DNA of 64,000 nucleotides from an uncultured Anaerolinea sp. (lineage in GTDB: Bacteria; Chloroflexota; Anaerolineae; JAAEKA01): NCBI GenBank assembly GCA_964626845.1, contig CAZVGR010000007.1:4820-68819 (forward strand), read 5' to 3'. Each line of letters begins with the position of its first letter. Position 1 is the first letter of the stretch. The notes beneath the pieces are model-generated. The model was given only the letters and a program-made list of their open reading frames with translations, searched no databases and had not been told where the DNA came from. The position numbers were made by a program, and so were the translations under genes. Shown here in pieces: positions 1-8,845 of this stretch.

Positions 1-578
1 TGATCTCCTGCACGCTGGTGGCCTATGGTTTCTCACGCTTCGACTTTCCCGGCCGTGATTTCCTGTTCATCGTGCTGATCGCCACCATCTTCCTGCCAGC
101 CTTCGTCACCGTTATCCCCACCTACACCTTCTTCCAGCGCATCGGCTGGGTGGGCACCTGGCTGCCGCTGATCGTGCCAACCTTCTTCGCCAACGCCTTC
201 GACGTCTTCTTACTGCGCCAGTATTTCATGACCATCCCGCGCGAGATGGACGAGGCGGCCATGATCGACGGCGCCAGCCGCTTCCGCGTGCTGACGTCGA
301 TTCTGCTGCCCCAGTCCTACCCGGTGCTGCTGGCCGTCACCGTCTTCCACATCGTCTACGCCTGGAACGACTTCTTCGGCCCGCTGATCTACCTCTCCAC
401 CAACCGCGCGGCCTGGCCGGTCTCTGTGGCGCTGAACACCTTCAACGGCATCTACGGCCAGAAGCCGCAGTTGATCCAGGCCGGCGCGCTGATGACGCTA
501 ATCCTGCCGCTGCTGCTGTTCATCTTCGCCCAGCGCTTCTTCGTGCAGGGGATTGTGATTACGGGAGTGGATAAGTAG
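1..578 (+). CDS. ABC sugar-transporter permease, C-terminal part (5' end outside window)
   Basis: ORF is open to the window edge. It carries the permease EAA-type motif 'DEAAMIDGASRFRVL'. It clearly parallels the C-terminus of permease 39221..40300 (by eye). Confidence 0.85.
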   Translation, partial: ISCTLVAYGFSRFDFPGRDFLFIVLIATIFLPAFVTVIPTYTFFQRIGWVGTWLPLIVPTFFANAFDVFLLRQYFMTIPREMDEAAMIDGASRFRVLTSILLPQSYPVLLAVTVFHIVYAWNDFFGPLIYLSTNRAAWPVSVALNTFNGIYGQKPQLIQAGALMTLILPLLLFIFAQRFFVQGIVITGVDK

Positions 579-628
579 ACGGGTAGATTGGTGATTGGTA
601 GATGGGTAGGTTTCGGGCCTGTTCAGGA

Positions 629-687
629 CCCCACCTTGGAAAGGTGGGGCTTCGTCGGCTGGCAAGCTCCACACTTCGAGTGTGGAG
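629..687. repeat. Two adjacent short REP-like hairpins after the permease stop
   Basis: CCCCACCTT-GGAA-AAGGTGGGG (629-649) and CTCCACACT-TCG-AGTGTGGAG (667-687). They are preceded by a TTGGTGA/TTGGTAGA-type heptamer run at 585-612. Confidence 0.5.
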
Positions 688-765
688 TGCTGCCATGCTA
701 ACGGATACTCCGGCGGCGTTGAGGGTTAGGCGGCATCCAACTGGACAAGACGATTCGAGGCAACT

Positions 766-2085
766 ATGAAAGTAGCAGTCATTGGCGGCGGATCGAGCTA
801 TACGCCGGAGCTGGTCAAGGGCTTTCTTGATCGGGTTGACACGTTCCCACTAACCGAGCTGTGGCTGGTGGACATCGACCCGCAGCGGCTGGAAATCGTG
901 GGCGGCTTTGCGCAGCGCATGGTAGCGGCCCAGGGCTCGCCCTTCGCCGTGTACCTGACTACCGACTGCCGCGCGGGCGTGGCCGGCGCCAGCTACGTCA
1001 CCACCCAGTTGCGCGTCGGCGGCATGGCCGCGCGGCGCAACGACGAGTACCTGGGTAAACGCCACGGCCTGATCGGCCAGGAGACCACCGGCGTGGGCGG
1101 CCTGGCCAAGGCCCTGCGCACCATCCCGGTGGTGCTGGACATTGCAGCCGACATGGCCGAGCTGGCGCCGGGCGCGCCGCTGGTCAACTTCACCAACCCG
1201 GCCGGCCTGGTCACCGAGGCGCTGGCCCGCTATGCACCCGCCACGCCGGCCATCGGCGTCTGCAACGTGCCGATCACGGCCAAGATGGGCATCCTCGACC
1301 TGCTCCAGCGCCGTACGGGCGAGTCCATCGCGCCGGAGCGGGCCGAGCTGAAGACCCTGGGCCTGAACCACCTCTCCTGGCACCGCGGCTTCACCGTGGA
1401 CGGCGAGGATGTCTGGCCAACGGTCATCGAGGGCACGCTGGCCGAGTTGCGGGAGAGCGATCACCCGGCCTGGGATCCGGCGCTGATCGAGACGCTGCAG
1501 ATGTTGCCCAACTACTACCTGTCCTACTTCTACACCACAGCCAAGAAGCTGGCCGAGCAGGACAAGTGGCCGCCCTCGCGCGCCGAGACGGTGATGCAGG
1601 TGGAAGCGGACCTGCTGACGGAGTACGCCGATCCCAACCGCCACGAGCCGCCGGCCGACCTGATGAAGCGCGGCGGCGCCTGGTACTCCACCCTGGCCAC
1701 GCAGTTGCTCAACGCCCACTACAACGACCCTTCGTCGGGCTCAGGGCAGCGCCTGGGCGAGACGCACATCGTCAACGTGCCGCACGGCGGGGCCGTGCCC
1801 GGCTGGCCGGCCGACTGGGTGCTGGAGCTGCCCGCGCGCGTCAGCCGCGCCGGCGTGGAGCCGCTGCCGGCCGAGCCGCTGCCGCCGGTCTGCTTCGGCC
1901 TGCTGGCCGCGGTCAAGTCCTACGAGCTGCTGACGGTCGAGGCTGCTGTCCACGGCGACCGCACCGCTCTCTACCAGGCGCTGCTGGCCCACCCCCTCGG
2001 CCCGGCCGCCGACCAGATCCCGGCCGTAATGGATGATCTGCTGGAGACGAATCGGGCCTATTTGCCGCGCTTTGTACGGGCATGA
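766..2085 (+). CDS. Glycoside hydrolase family 4 (6-phospho-beta-glucosidase / ChbF-CelF-like, NAD-dependent)
   Basis: N-terminus 'MKVAVIGGGSSYTPELVKGF' is the GH4 Rossmann signature. The length of 439 aa is typical. Confidence 0.85.
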   Translation: MKVAVIGGGSSYTPELVKGFLDRVDTFPLTELWLVDIDPQRLEIVGGFAQRMVAAQGSPFAVYLTTDCRAGVAGASYVTTQLRVGGMAARRNDEYLGKRHGLIGQETTGVGGLAKALRTIPVVLDIAADMAELAPGAPLVNFTNPAGLVTEALARYAPATPAIGVCNVPITAKMGILDLLQRRTGESIAPERAELKTLGLNHLSWHRGFTVDGEDVWPTVIEGTLAELRESDHPAWDPALIETLQMLPNYYLSYFYTTAKKLAEQDKWPPSRAETVMQVEADLLTEYADPNRHEPPADLMKRGGAWYSTLATQLLNAHYNDPSSGSGQRLGETHIVNVPHGGAVPGWPADWVLELPARVSRAGVEPLPAEPLPPVCFGLLAAVKSYELLTVEAAVHGDRTALYQALLAHPLGPAADQIPAVMDDLLETNRAYLPRFVRA

Positions 2086-3054
2086 ATGGCGGCGAACAGA
2101 CTCGTTAACGCATCGAATCGCCCATTCGCCGCCATTCATGCCCCTACGGTAACGACGATGAACCCCATATTGCGAAAAATCGGTTTTGCCTCCACCGACC
2201 GCGTCGTCATCCTGCACGCCGACGACATCGGCAGCAGCCAGGGCACGGTGGCGGCCTACGTCGATCTGGTTGAGGCCGGCGCCATGTCCTCGGCCGCGAC
2301 CATGGTCCCGTGTCCCTGGTTCCCGGCGGCTGCGGCTTTCTGCCGGCAACACCGCGACGACCCGCGCATCGATATGGGCGTGCATCTGACGCTGAACTGC
2401 GAGTGGAGCGCCTACCGCTGGGGGCCGATCTCGACGCGCAATCCGGCCAGCGGGCTGCTGGACGAGGAAGGCTATTTCCATCGCCGCGAGCCGGCTGCGC
2501 AGACAGAGGCCGATCTCGGCGCCGTGGAACGCGAGCTGAGCGCCCAGATCGACCGGGCGCTGGCGGCCGGCATCGACGTGACGCACATCGACACCCACAT
2601 GCTGACCCTCTTCCACCCGCGCCTGCTGCCTATCTACCTGCGGTTAAGCCAGCGCTATCGCCTGCCAGCCTTCCTGCTGCGGCCGGACGCCGAGCAGCTT
2701 CACCGCTGGGGCTACGGCCTGGACGACGCGCAAGAGGTGGCTGCCCTGGTGCGCCAGGCCGAGGCCGCCGGTCTGCCGCTCTTCGACCACGCCGACGTCA
2801 TGTCGCTGGACCGGCACGAGCAGCGACTGGAGGAGGCTGTCGAGCGGCTGACGCAGGCGCCGCCCGGCCTGACCTACTTTCTGTTCCACCCGGCCATCGA
2901 CACCCCCGAGCTGCGCGCCTTCGCCCCCGACTGGCGCAGCCGCGTGGCCGACTACGAGCTGTTCACCAGCGACGCCTGGCGCCAGGCTGTGCGAGAGGCG
3001 GGCGTACAGGTGGTCGGCTGGCGGGCGATTAGGAACGTGATGCGTAACGAGTAA
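2086..3054 (+). CDS. chbG: YdjC/ChbG-family carbohydrate (chito-oligosaccharide) deacetylase
   Basis: 'VVILHADDIGSSQG' is the YdjC-family N-terminal metal-binding motif. The ATG abuts the GH4 stop. An alternative start at 2158 (MNPILRK) is possible. Confidence 0.75.
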   Translation: MAANRLVNASNRPFAAIHAPTVTTMNPILRKIGFASTDRVVILHADDIGSSQGTVAAYVDLVEAGAMSSAATMVPCPWFPAAAAFCRQHRDDPRIDMGVHLTLNCEWSAYRWGPISTRNPASGLLDEEGYFHRREPAAQTEADLGAVERELSAQIDRALAAGIDVTHIDTHMLTLFHPRLLPIYLRLSQRYRLPAFLLRPDAEQLHRWGYGLDDAQEVAALVRQAEAAGLPLFDHADVMSLDRHEQRLEEAVERLTQAPPGLTYFLFHPAIDTPELRAFAPDWRSRVADYELFTSDAWRQAVREAGVQVVGWRAIRNVMRNE

Positions 3055-3115
3055 TGCGTAACCCGGAAGAATCGTCGCTGGCGAGCAGTTACGCATTACG
3101 CATTACGTGTTACCC
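3037..3115. repeat. Inverted array of tandem heptamers (TAATGCG / ACGCATT units) overlapping the chbG stop codon
   Basis: Left arm is GTGATGCGTAACGAGTAATGCGTAACCC (3037-3064). Right arm is GTTACGCATTACGCATTACGTGTTACCC (3088-3115). The arms are imperfectly complementary. Confidence 0.7.
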
Positions 3116-3150
3116 GACTCCAGTCACAAGATCACAGTCTTCTCCCAGTC

Positions 3151-4137
3151 ATGAACTACTACCTCGGCATCGACATCGGCGCCACCAAGAGCCATGCCCT
3201 CATCGCGGACGAGCACGGCTGCGCGGCCGGCTTTGGCCAGGGTGGGCCGGGCAACCATGAGGTCGTCGGCTACGAAGGCCTGACGGCGACGCTGCAAGCG
3301 ATCACCGGCCAGGCTCTGGCTGACGCCGGCATCCGCCGCGAGCAGATCGCAGGCGCGGGCTTTGGCGTGGCCGGCTACGATTGGCCGTCGGAGCTGGCGC
3401 CGACGCTGGAGGCCATCGGGACGCTGGGCCTGAGGGCGCCGCTGGAGGTGGTCAACGACACCATCATCGGCCTGGTGGCCGGCGCAGAGGCCGGCTGGGG
3501 CGTGGCCGTGATCGCCGGCACCAGCAACAACTGCTGGGGCTGGGACGCACAGCACCGCATCGGCCGGGTGACGGGCAACGGCGGCATGTTCGGCGAGCAC
3601 GGCGGCTCCGGCGAGCTGGTGCAGGAGGCCGTCGCCGCTGTGGCCAAGGCATGGACCCGGCGCGGCCCGCCCACCACGTTGACAGAGGCCTTCTGCCGGC
3701 TGGTGGGCGCATCCTCCGACGCGGACCTGCTGGAGGGACTGAGCCAGGGCTGGTACGACATCGGCGCGGCGGCTGCTCCGCTGGTCTTTCAGACGGCCGA
3801 GGCCGGCGACCCGGTGGCGCTGGCTGTGGTGCGCTGGGCCGCGGCGGAACTGGCCAGCCTGGCCAACGGCGTGATCCGCCAACTCCACCTGGAAGATCAG
3901 GCTTTCGATGTGGTGCTGGTGGGCAGCATGTACAACGGTGGGCCGTTGCTGTTGGAGCCGATGCAAGCTGCGGTGCAGGCTGTGGCGCCCGGCGCGCGCT
4001 TCGTCAGGCTGACTGTCCCGCCGGTGGTGGGCGCAGTGCTGCTGGGCATGCAGGCGGCTGGTCTGGAAGCGCGCGGCCTGCGACCGAACCTCATTTCCTC
4101 AACACAAAACCTGATGGCAGAAAGACAAATCCCATGA
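3151..4137 (+). CDS. N-acetylglucosamine kinase (BadF/BadG/BcrA/BcrD ATPase family)
   Basis: 'YYLGIDIGATKSHALI' is an ASKHA phosphate-1 motif. 'VNDTIIGLVAG' and 'VIAGTSNNCWG' are also present. The context is a GlcNAc/chitobiose locus. Confidence 0.8.
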   Translation: MNYYLGIDIGATKSHALIADEHGCAAGFGQGGPGNHEVVGYEGLTATLQAITGQALADAGIRREQIAGAGFGVAGYDWPSELAPTLEAIGTLGLRAPLEVVNDTIIGLVAGAEAGWGVAVIAGTSNNCWGWDAQHRIGRVTGNGGMFGEHGGSGELVQEAVAAVAKAWTRRGPPTTLTEAFCRLVGASSDADLLEGLSQGWYDIGAAAAPLVFQTAEAGDPVALAVVRWAAAELASLANGVIRQLHLEDQAFDVVLVGSMYNGGPLLLEPMQAAVQAVAPGARFVRLTVPPVVGAVLLGMQAAGLEARGLRPNLISSTQNLMAERQIP

Positions 4138-6740
4138 ACTACGGCTATTTCGACGATGCGGCCCGCGAGTACGTCATCACCCGGCCCGACACGCCGCTGC
4201 CCTGGATCAACTACCTGGGCAGCGAGGCCTACTTCGGCCTGATCTCCAATACCGCCGGCGGCTACAGCTTCTACCGCGACGCGCGGCTGCGCCGCATCAC
4301 CCGCTACCGCTACAACAACGTCCCCTTCGACGCAGGCGGCCGTTACCTCTACCTGCGCGACGACGCCAGCGGCCAGTTCTGGTCGCCTTCCTGGATGCCG
4401 ACCCGCACGCCCCTGGACGCCTACACTTGCCGCCACGGCATGGGCTACACCATCATCAGCTCGCAGGCGCACGGCATCGAGGCCAGCACGCTGTACTTTG
4501 TGCCGCTGGGCGCCAACCTGGAGATTTGGCGCACGCGCGTGACCAACCGGCGCAGCGAGCCAGCCGGGCTGTCCCTGTTCTCGGCCGTGGAGTTCAACCT
4601 GTGGGACGCCTGGGACGACCAGACCAACTTCCAGCGCAACTTCAACACCGGCGAGGTCGAGGTCGACGGCGGCGTCATCTACCACAAGACCGAGTACCGC
4701 GAGCGACGGGATCATTTCGCGTACTTCGCGTGTTCGGCCGCTCTTAGGACTGACAGTCCTGCTCCTGCGACGGACGATGTCGACACGTCGAGAGAGAGTC
4801 AACCGGTCGACCAGGACTGTCAGTCCTCTCCAACGTTCGTCGGCTTCGACACCCAGCGCGAGGCCTTCCTCGGCGCCTACCGCGGCTGGGACAATCCCAT
4901 CGCCGTCGAGCGCGGCCAGGCCGGCAACTCGGTCGCCCACGGCTGGTCGCCCATCGGCTCGCACCACGTGCGACTCAGCTTGCAACCGGGCGAGACCGCT
5001 GAGGTCATCTTCGTGCTGGGCTACCACGAGAACCCGGCGGACGACAAGTTCGATCCGCCCGGCCTGCGGCAGACCATCAACAAGCGCGCCGTGCTGCCCC
5101 TCATCCAGCGCCATCTCCAGCCGGACACCGTGGAGGCCGAGCTGGCCGCGCTGCGCAGCCGCTGGGATGACCTGTTGAGCATCTTCACCGTGCAGACGCC
5201 CGACGAGCACGTCAACCGCATGGTCAACATCTGGAACGCCTACCAGGTGATGGTCACCTTCAACCTGTCGCGCTCGGCGTCGTTCTTCGAGTCCGGCGTG
5301 GGCCGCGGTATGGGCTTCCGCGACTCCAACCAGGACCTGCTGGGCTTCGTGCAGATGGCGCCGGCGCGCGCCAGGGAGCGCCTGCTGGACCTGACCGCGA
5401 CGCAGCTTGAGAACGGCGGCGCGTACCATCAGTACCAGCCGCTGACCAAGCGCGGCAACGACGCGGTGGGCAGCGGCTTCAACGACGACCCGCTCTGGCT
5501 GGTGCTGGCCGCGGCCGCCTACCTCAAGGAGACCGGCGACTGGTCGATCCTGAGCGAGCCGGTGGTCTACGAGAACCGGCCCGGCAGCGAGCAGCCGCTG
5601 GCCGACCACCTGCAGCGCAGCATGCAGTACATCCTGGACCGCCTGGGACCCCACGGCCTGCCGCTGATCGGCCGGGCCGACTGGAACGACTGCCTCAATC
5701 TCAACTGCTTCTCCGAGACGCCCGGCGAGCCCTTCCAAACCACCGAGAACCGCGGCGAAGGTAAGATCGCCGAGTCAGTCTTCATCGCTGGCCAGTTCGT
5801 CCTCGCGGCCAAAGAGATGGCGGGCATTGCCGGGCAAGTTGCAGGTGGCAAGTTGCAGGTGGCAGGTCAGGCTATGGATGACCTGCGTGCAACCTGCAAC
5901 CTGCAACCTGCAACCTTTTACTTGCAACTTGCAGGGCAGATGGAAGCCGCGGTGCGGGCGCACGGCTGGGACGGCGCGTGGTTCCTGCGGGCCTACGACG
6001 CGCTGGGCGGCAAGGTCGGTTCGAGGGAGTGCGACGAAGGGCAGATCTTCATCGAGCCGCAGGGCATGTGCGTCATGGCCGGCATCGGCCTGGACCTCCC
6101 CGGCGGCCTGGCCGGGCAGGCGTTGGCCTCGGTGCAGCAGCATCTGGCCAGCGAGCACGGCGTCGTCCTGCTCCAGCCCGCTTACACCCGCTATCACCTG
6201 GAGCTGGGCGAGATCACCTCCTACCCGCCCGGCTACAAGGAGAACGCCAGCATCTTCTGCCACACCAACCCCTGGATCATGATTGCCGAGGCCATGCTGG
6301 GCCACGGGGAGCAGGCGCTGGACTATTACCACCGCATCTGCCCATCGGCCCGGGAGGCGATCAGCGACGTGCACCGCAGCGAGCCCTACGTCTACGCTCA
6401 GACCATCGCCGGCAAGGACGCGCCTAGCTTCGGCGAGGCCAAGAACTCGTGGCTGACCGGCACGGCGGCCTGGAACTACGTGGCCATCACCCAGTGGATC
6501 CTGGGCATCCGGCCCAGCCACGACGGCCTGCGCATTGCGCCGGTGATCCCGGCCAACTGGCCGGGCTTCAGCGCCACCCGCCAGTTCCGCGGCGTCACCT
6601 ATCACATCGACGTGCGCCGGACCGGGCCGGGCAACGCCGTGGCGCTGATGGTGGATGGACGACCGGTAGCGGGTGATGTCGTGCCATTGCCGCGCGCGGG
6701 GCAAACGGTTGTGCGCGTGCAGGCAATGGTAGGCGGGTGA
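4134..6740 (+). CDS. GH94 disaccharide phosphorylase (cellobiose / N,N'-diacetylchitobiose phosphorylase type)
   Basis: Starts 'MNYGYFDDAAREYVITRPDTPLPWINYLG'. Carries motifs 'GFRDSNQDLLG', 'GRADWNDCLNL', 'FCHTNPW' and 'NSWLTGTAAW'. Its ATGA overlaps the stop of the upstream kinase. The longer track ORF from 3381 is a frame artefact. Confidence 0.9.
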   Translation: MNYGYFDDAAREYVITRPDTPLPWINYLGSEAYFGLISNTAGGYSFYRDARLRRITRYRYNNVPFDAGGRYLYLRDDASGQFWSPSWMPTRTPLDAYTCRHGMGYTIISSQAHGIEASTLYFVPLGANLEIWRTRVTNRRSEPAGLSLFSAVEFNLWDAWDDQTNFQRNFNTGEVEVDGGVIYHKTEYRERRDHFAYFACSAALRTDSPAPATDDVDTSRESQPVDQDCQSSPTFVGFDTQREAFLGAYRGWDNPIAVERGQAGNSVAHGWSPIGSHHVRLSLQPGETAEVIFVLGYHENPADDKFDPPGLRQTINKRAVLPLIQRHLQPDTVEAELAALRSRWDDLLSIFTVQTPDEHVNRMVNIWNAYQVMVTFNLSRSASFFESGVGRGMGFRDSNQDLLGFVQMAPARARERLLDLTATQLENGGAYHQYQPLTKRGNDAVGSGFNDDPLWLVLAAAAYLKETGDWSILSEPVVYENRPGSEQPLADHLQRSMQYILDRLGPHGLPLIGRADWNDCLNLNCFSETPGEPFQTTENRGEGKIAESVFIAGQFVLAAKEMAGIAGQVAGGKLQVAGQAMDDLRATCNLQPATFYLQLAGQMEAAVRAHGWDGAWFLRAYDALGGKVGSRECDEGQIFIEPQGMCVMAGIGLDLPGGLAGQALASVQQHLASEHGVVLLQPAYTRYHLELGEITSYPPGYKENASIFCHTNPWIMIAEAMLGHGEQALDYYHRICPSAREAISDVHRSEPYVYAQTIAGKDAPSFGEAKNSWLTGTAAWNYVAITQWILGIRPSHDGLRIAPVIPANWPGFSATRQFRGVTYHIDVRRTGPGNAVALMVDGRPVAGDVVPLPRAGQTVVRVQAMVGG
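4746..4827. repeat. Palindrome-flanked small element lying in frame inside the GH94 gene
   Basis: AGGACTGACAGTCCT (4746-4760) and AGGACTGTCAGTCCT (4813-4827) flank 52 nt. The same termini are found at 10436-10518. Confidence 0.8.
5835..5935. repeat. Intragenic inverted heptamer array (GCAGGTG / CAACCTG units) inside the GH94 gene
   Basis: Left arm is CAAGTTGCAGGTGGCAAGTTGCAGGTGGCAGGTCA (5835-5869). Right arm is TGACCTGCGTGCAACCTGCAACCTGCAACCTGCAACC (5879-5915), followed by TTTTACTTGCAACTTGCAGG. Confidence 0.75.
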
Positions 6741-6752
6741 TGGCGCGCCGGA

Positions 6753-6907
6753 GATACCACAGCGGATACAGAATAGCGGATGACGTCGGGAATACCACAA
6801 CGAATGAAAACAACGAATGACGAACAGTGTGCTCTCATCATAGGGACCGGCGAGCCTGCGTGCAGTCCTCTCCTCCCCATTCGCTGTTCTTCATCCGCTG
6901 TGATACC
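6753..6907. repeat. Intergenic inverted short-unit repeat array (CAGCGGAT / ACGAATGA units)
   Basis: Left region is GATACCACAGCGGATACAGAATAGCGGATGACG...AACGAATGAAAACAACGAATGACGAACAGTG. Right arm is CATTCGCTGTTCTTCATCCGCTGTGATACC (6878-6907). Confidence 0.6.
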
Positions 6908-6934
6908 CCCTACCCCACCCACCACACCACTCCC

Positions 6935-8845
6935 ATGAAACGCACACTACTCGCCCTACTTACCGTCCTCCTACTAGCAGCGTGCAGCAACGCAATCACG
7001 CCTGCTGCGCCGCCTGCTGCCAGTCCACCGGCTGTTCCCACTGCCAGCATTGACGAGCGCGTTGCCACCCTGCTGGCCCAGATGACCCTGGCCGAGAAGA
7101 TCGGCCAGATGACCCAGGTGGAGAAGGGCAGCATCCAACCGCGCGACGTGACCCGCTACTTCATCGGCTCGGTGCTCAGCGGCGGCGGCGGCTCGCCGCC
7201 CAGCAACACGCCTGAGGACTGGCTGGCCATGGTCGGCGACTACCAGCAGGCCGCGCTGGCCACGCGGCTGGGCATCCCGCTGCTCTATGGCGTCGATGCC
7301 GTGCACGGCCACGCGGCCGTGGTCGGCGCGACCGTCTTTCCGCACAATATCGGCCTGGGCGCGGCTGACGACCCGGAGCTGATGCGGCAGATCGGGCGGG
7401 CCACCGCGCAGGAGATGGCTGCCACCGGCATCCGCTGGAACTTCGCGCCGGTGGTGGCCGTGCCGCAGGACGTGCGCTGGGGCCGCACCTACGAGAGTTT
7501 TGGCGAGGACCCGGCCCTGGTCAGCCGGCTGGCTGCGCCCTACATCGAAGGGCTGCAAAATGACGCGGGCGGCCAGCGCTTCGGCGATCCGGCCACCGTC
7601 GTCGCCACGCCCAAGCACTTTGTGGCCGACGGCGGCACAGTCTATGGCAGCTCGACCACCGAGAACATGGGCGTGCGCTACCTGCTGGACCAGGGCGACG
7701 CCCAAATCGACGAGGCGACGCTGCGCCGCATGCACCTGCCGCCGTACCAGGCCGCCGTCGACGCCGGCGCGGCCAGCGTCATGGTTTCATTCAGCAGCGT
7801 CAACGGCGTCAAGATGCACGCCAACCGCGACCTGCTCACCGGCGTGCTGCGCGACGAGCTGGGCTTCGAGGGCTTCGTCGTCTCCGACTGGCAGGGCATC
7901 GACCAGATTCCCGGCGAGTATTATTCCGATGTGGTGACCGCGATCAACGCCGGCATCGACATGGTCATGGTGCCCTACGACTACAAGGGCTTCATCGACA
8001 CGCTGACCGAGGCCATCGAAAAGGGCGATGTGCCGATGGAGCGCATCGACGAGGCGGTGCGGCGCATCCTGACCGTCAAGGCCGATCTGGGCCTGTTCGA
8101 CGGCGATCCTATGCAGCCCGGCGCGCCGCTGGAGGTGGTGGGATCAGCGGAGCACCGTGCGCTGGCCCGCCAGGCCGTGCGCCAGTCGTTGGTGCTGCTG
8201 AAGAATACCCAGAACGCGCTGCCGCTGATCGAGGACACGCCGCTGCTCTACGTCGGCGGGGTGGCGGCCGACGACATCGGCATCCAGATCGGCGGCTGGT
8301 CGACGCAGTGGCAGGGCCAGGCCGGCGACATCACCGACGGCGCGACGATCCTGGAGGGCATCCGTGAGGTCAGCCTGCCCGGCTCCAGCGTCATCTACGA
8401 CGCCGCCGGCCGTTTCGACCGCTTCACCAACGCCCAGGGAGGCCAGCTACTGGCCGACGCGGCCATCGCCGTGGTGGCCGAACGCCCCTACGCCGAGGGG
8501 GTCGGCGACTCGGCCGACCTGGCGCTGCCGCCGGACGACCTGGCCATGGTGCAGCGCATGCGCGACAGTTCGAAGCGGCTGGTGGTGATCGTGCTGGCTG
8601 GCCGGCCGGTGGACATCAGCGAGCTGCTGCCGCTGGCCGATGCGCTGCTGGTGGCCTGGCTGCCGGGCAGCGAGGGGGCTGGCGTGGCCGACGCGCTGTT
8701 CGGCCATGCGCCCTTCAGCGGCACCCTCCCCTTCACCTGGCCGCGCTCGGTCGATCAGTTGCCCTTTGACTTCACCGCGCTGCCGGCCGATGGACCGGAT
8801 GCGCCGCTCTTTGCCGCCGGTTTCGGCCTGACCACTGAGCCATGA
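6935..8845 (+). CDS. GH3 beta-glucosidase / exo-beta-glucanase-type lipoprotein
   Basis: Lipoprotein signal 'MKRTLLALLTVLLLAACS'. GH3 motifs 'GVDAVHGH', 'KHFVADGGT' and 'FVVSDWQGIDQI' are present. The track ORF start at 6827 lies inside the repeat region and is rejected. Confidence 0.88.
   Translation: MKRTLLALLTVLLLAACSNAITPAAPPAASPPAVPTASIDERVATLLAQMTLAEKIGQMTQVEKGSIQPRDVTRYFIGSVLSGGGGSPPSNTPEDWLAMVGDYQQAALATRLGIPLLYGVDAVHGHAAVVGATVFPHNIGLGAADDPELMRQIGRATAQEMAATGIRWNFAPVVAVPQDVRWGRTYESFGEDPALVSRLAAPYIEGLQNDAGGQRFGDPATVVATPKHFVADGGTVYGSSTTENMGVRYLLDQGDAQIDEATLRRMHLPPYQAAVDAGAASVMVSFSSVNGVKMHANRDLLTGVLRDELGFEGFVVSDWQGIDQIPGEYYSDVVTAINAGIDMVMVPYDYKGFIDTLTEAIEKGDVPMERIDEAVRRILTVKADLGLFDGDPMQPGAPLEVVGSAEHRALARQAVRQSLVLLKNTQNALPLIEDTPLLYVGGVAADDIGIQIGGWSTQWQGQAGDITDGATILEGIREVSLPGSSVIYDAAGRFDRFTNAQGGQLLADAAIAVVAERPYAEGVGDSADLALPPDDLAMVQRMRDSSKRLVVIVLAGRPVDISELLPLADALLVAWLPGSEGAGVADALFGHAPFSGTLPFTWPRSVDQLPFDFTALPADGPDAPLFAAGFGLTTEP

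Noticed and set aside
3381-4133. 5' part of the 1119-aa track ORF 3381..6740
   Set aside because: It is Arg/Gly/Ala-rich and overlaps the well-supported GlcNAc kinase in another frame. The GH94 homology begins only at the ATG at 4134. This is a typical open-frame artefact of high-GC DNA.
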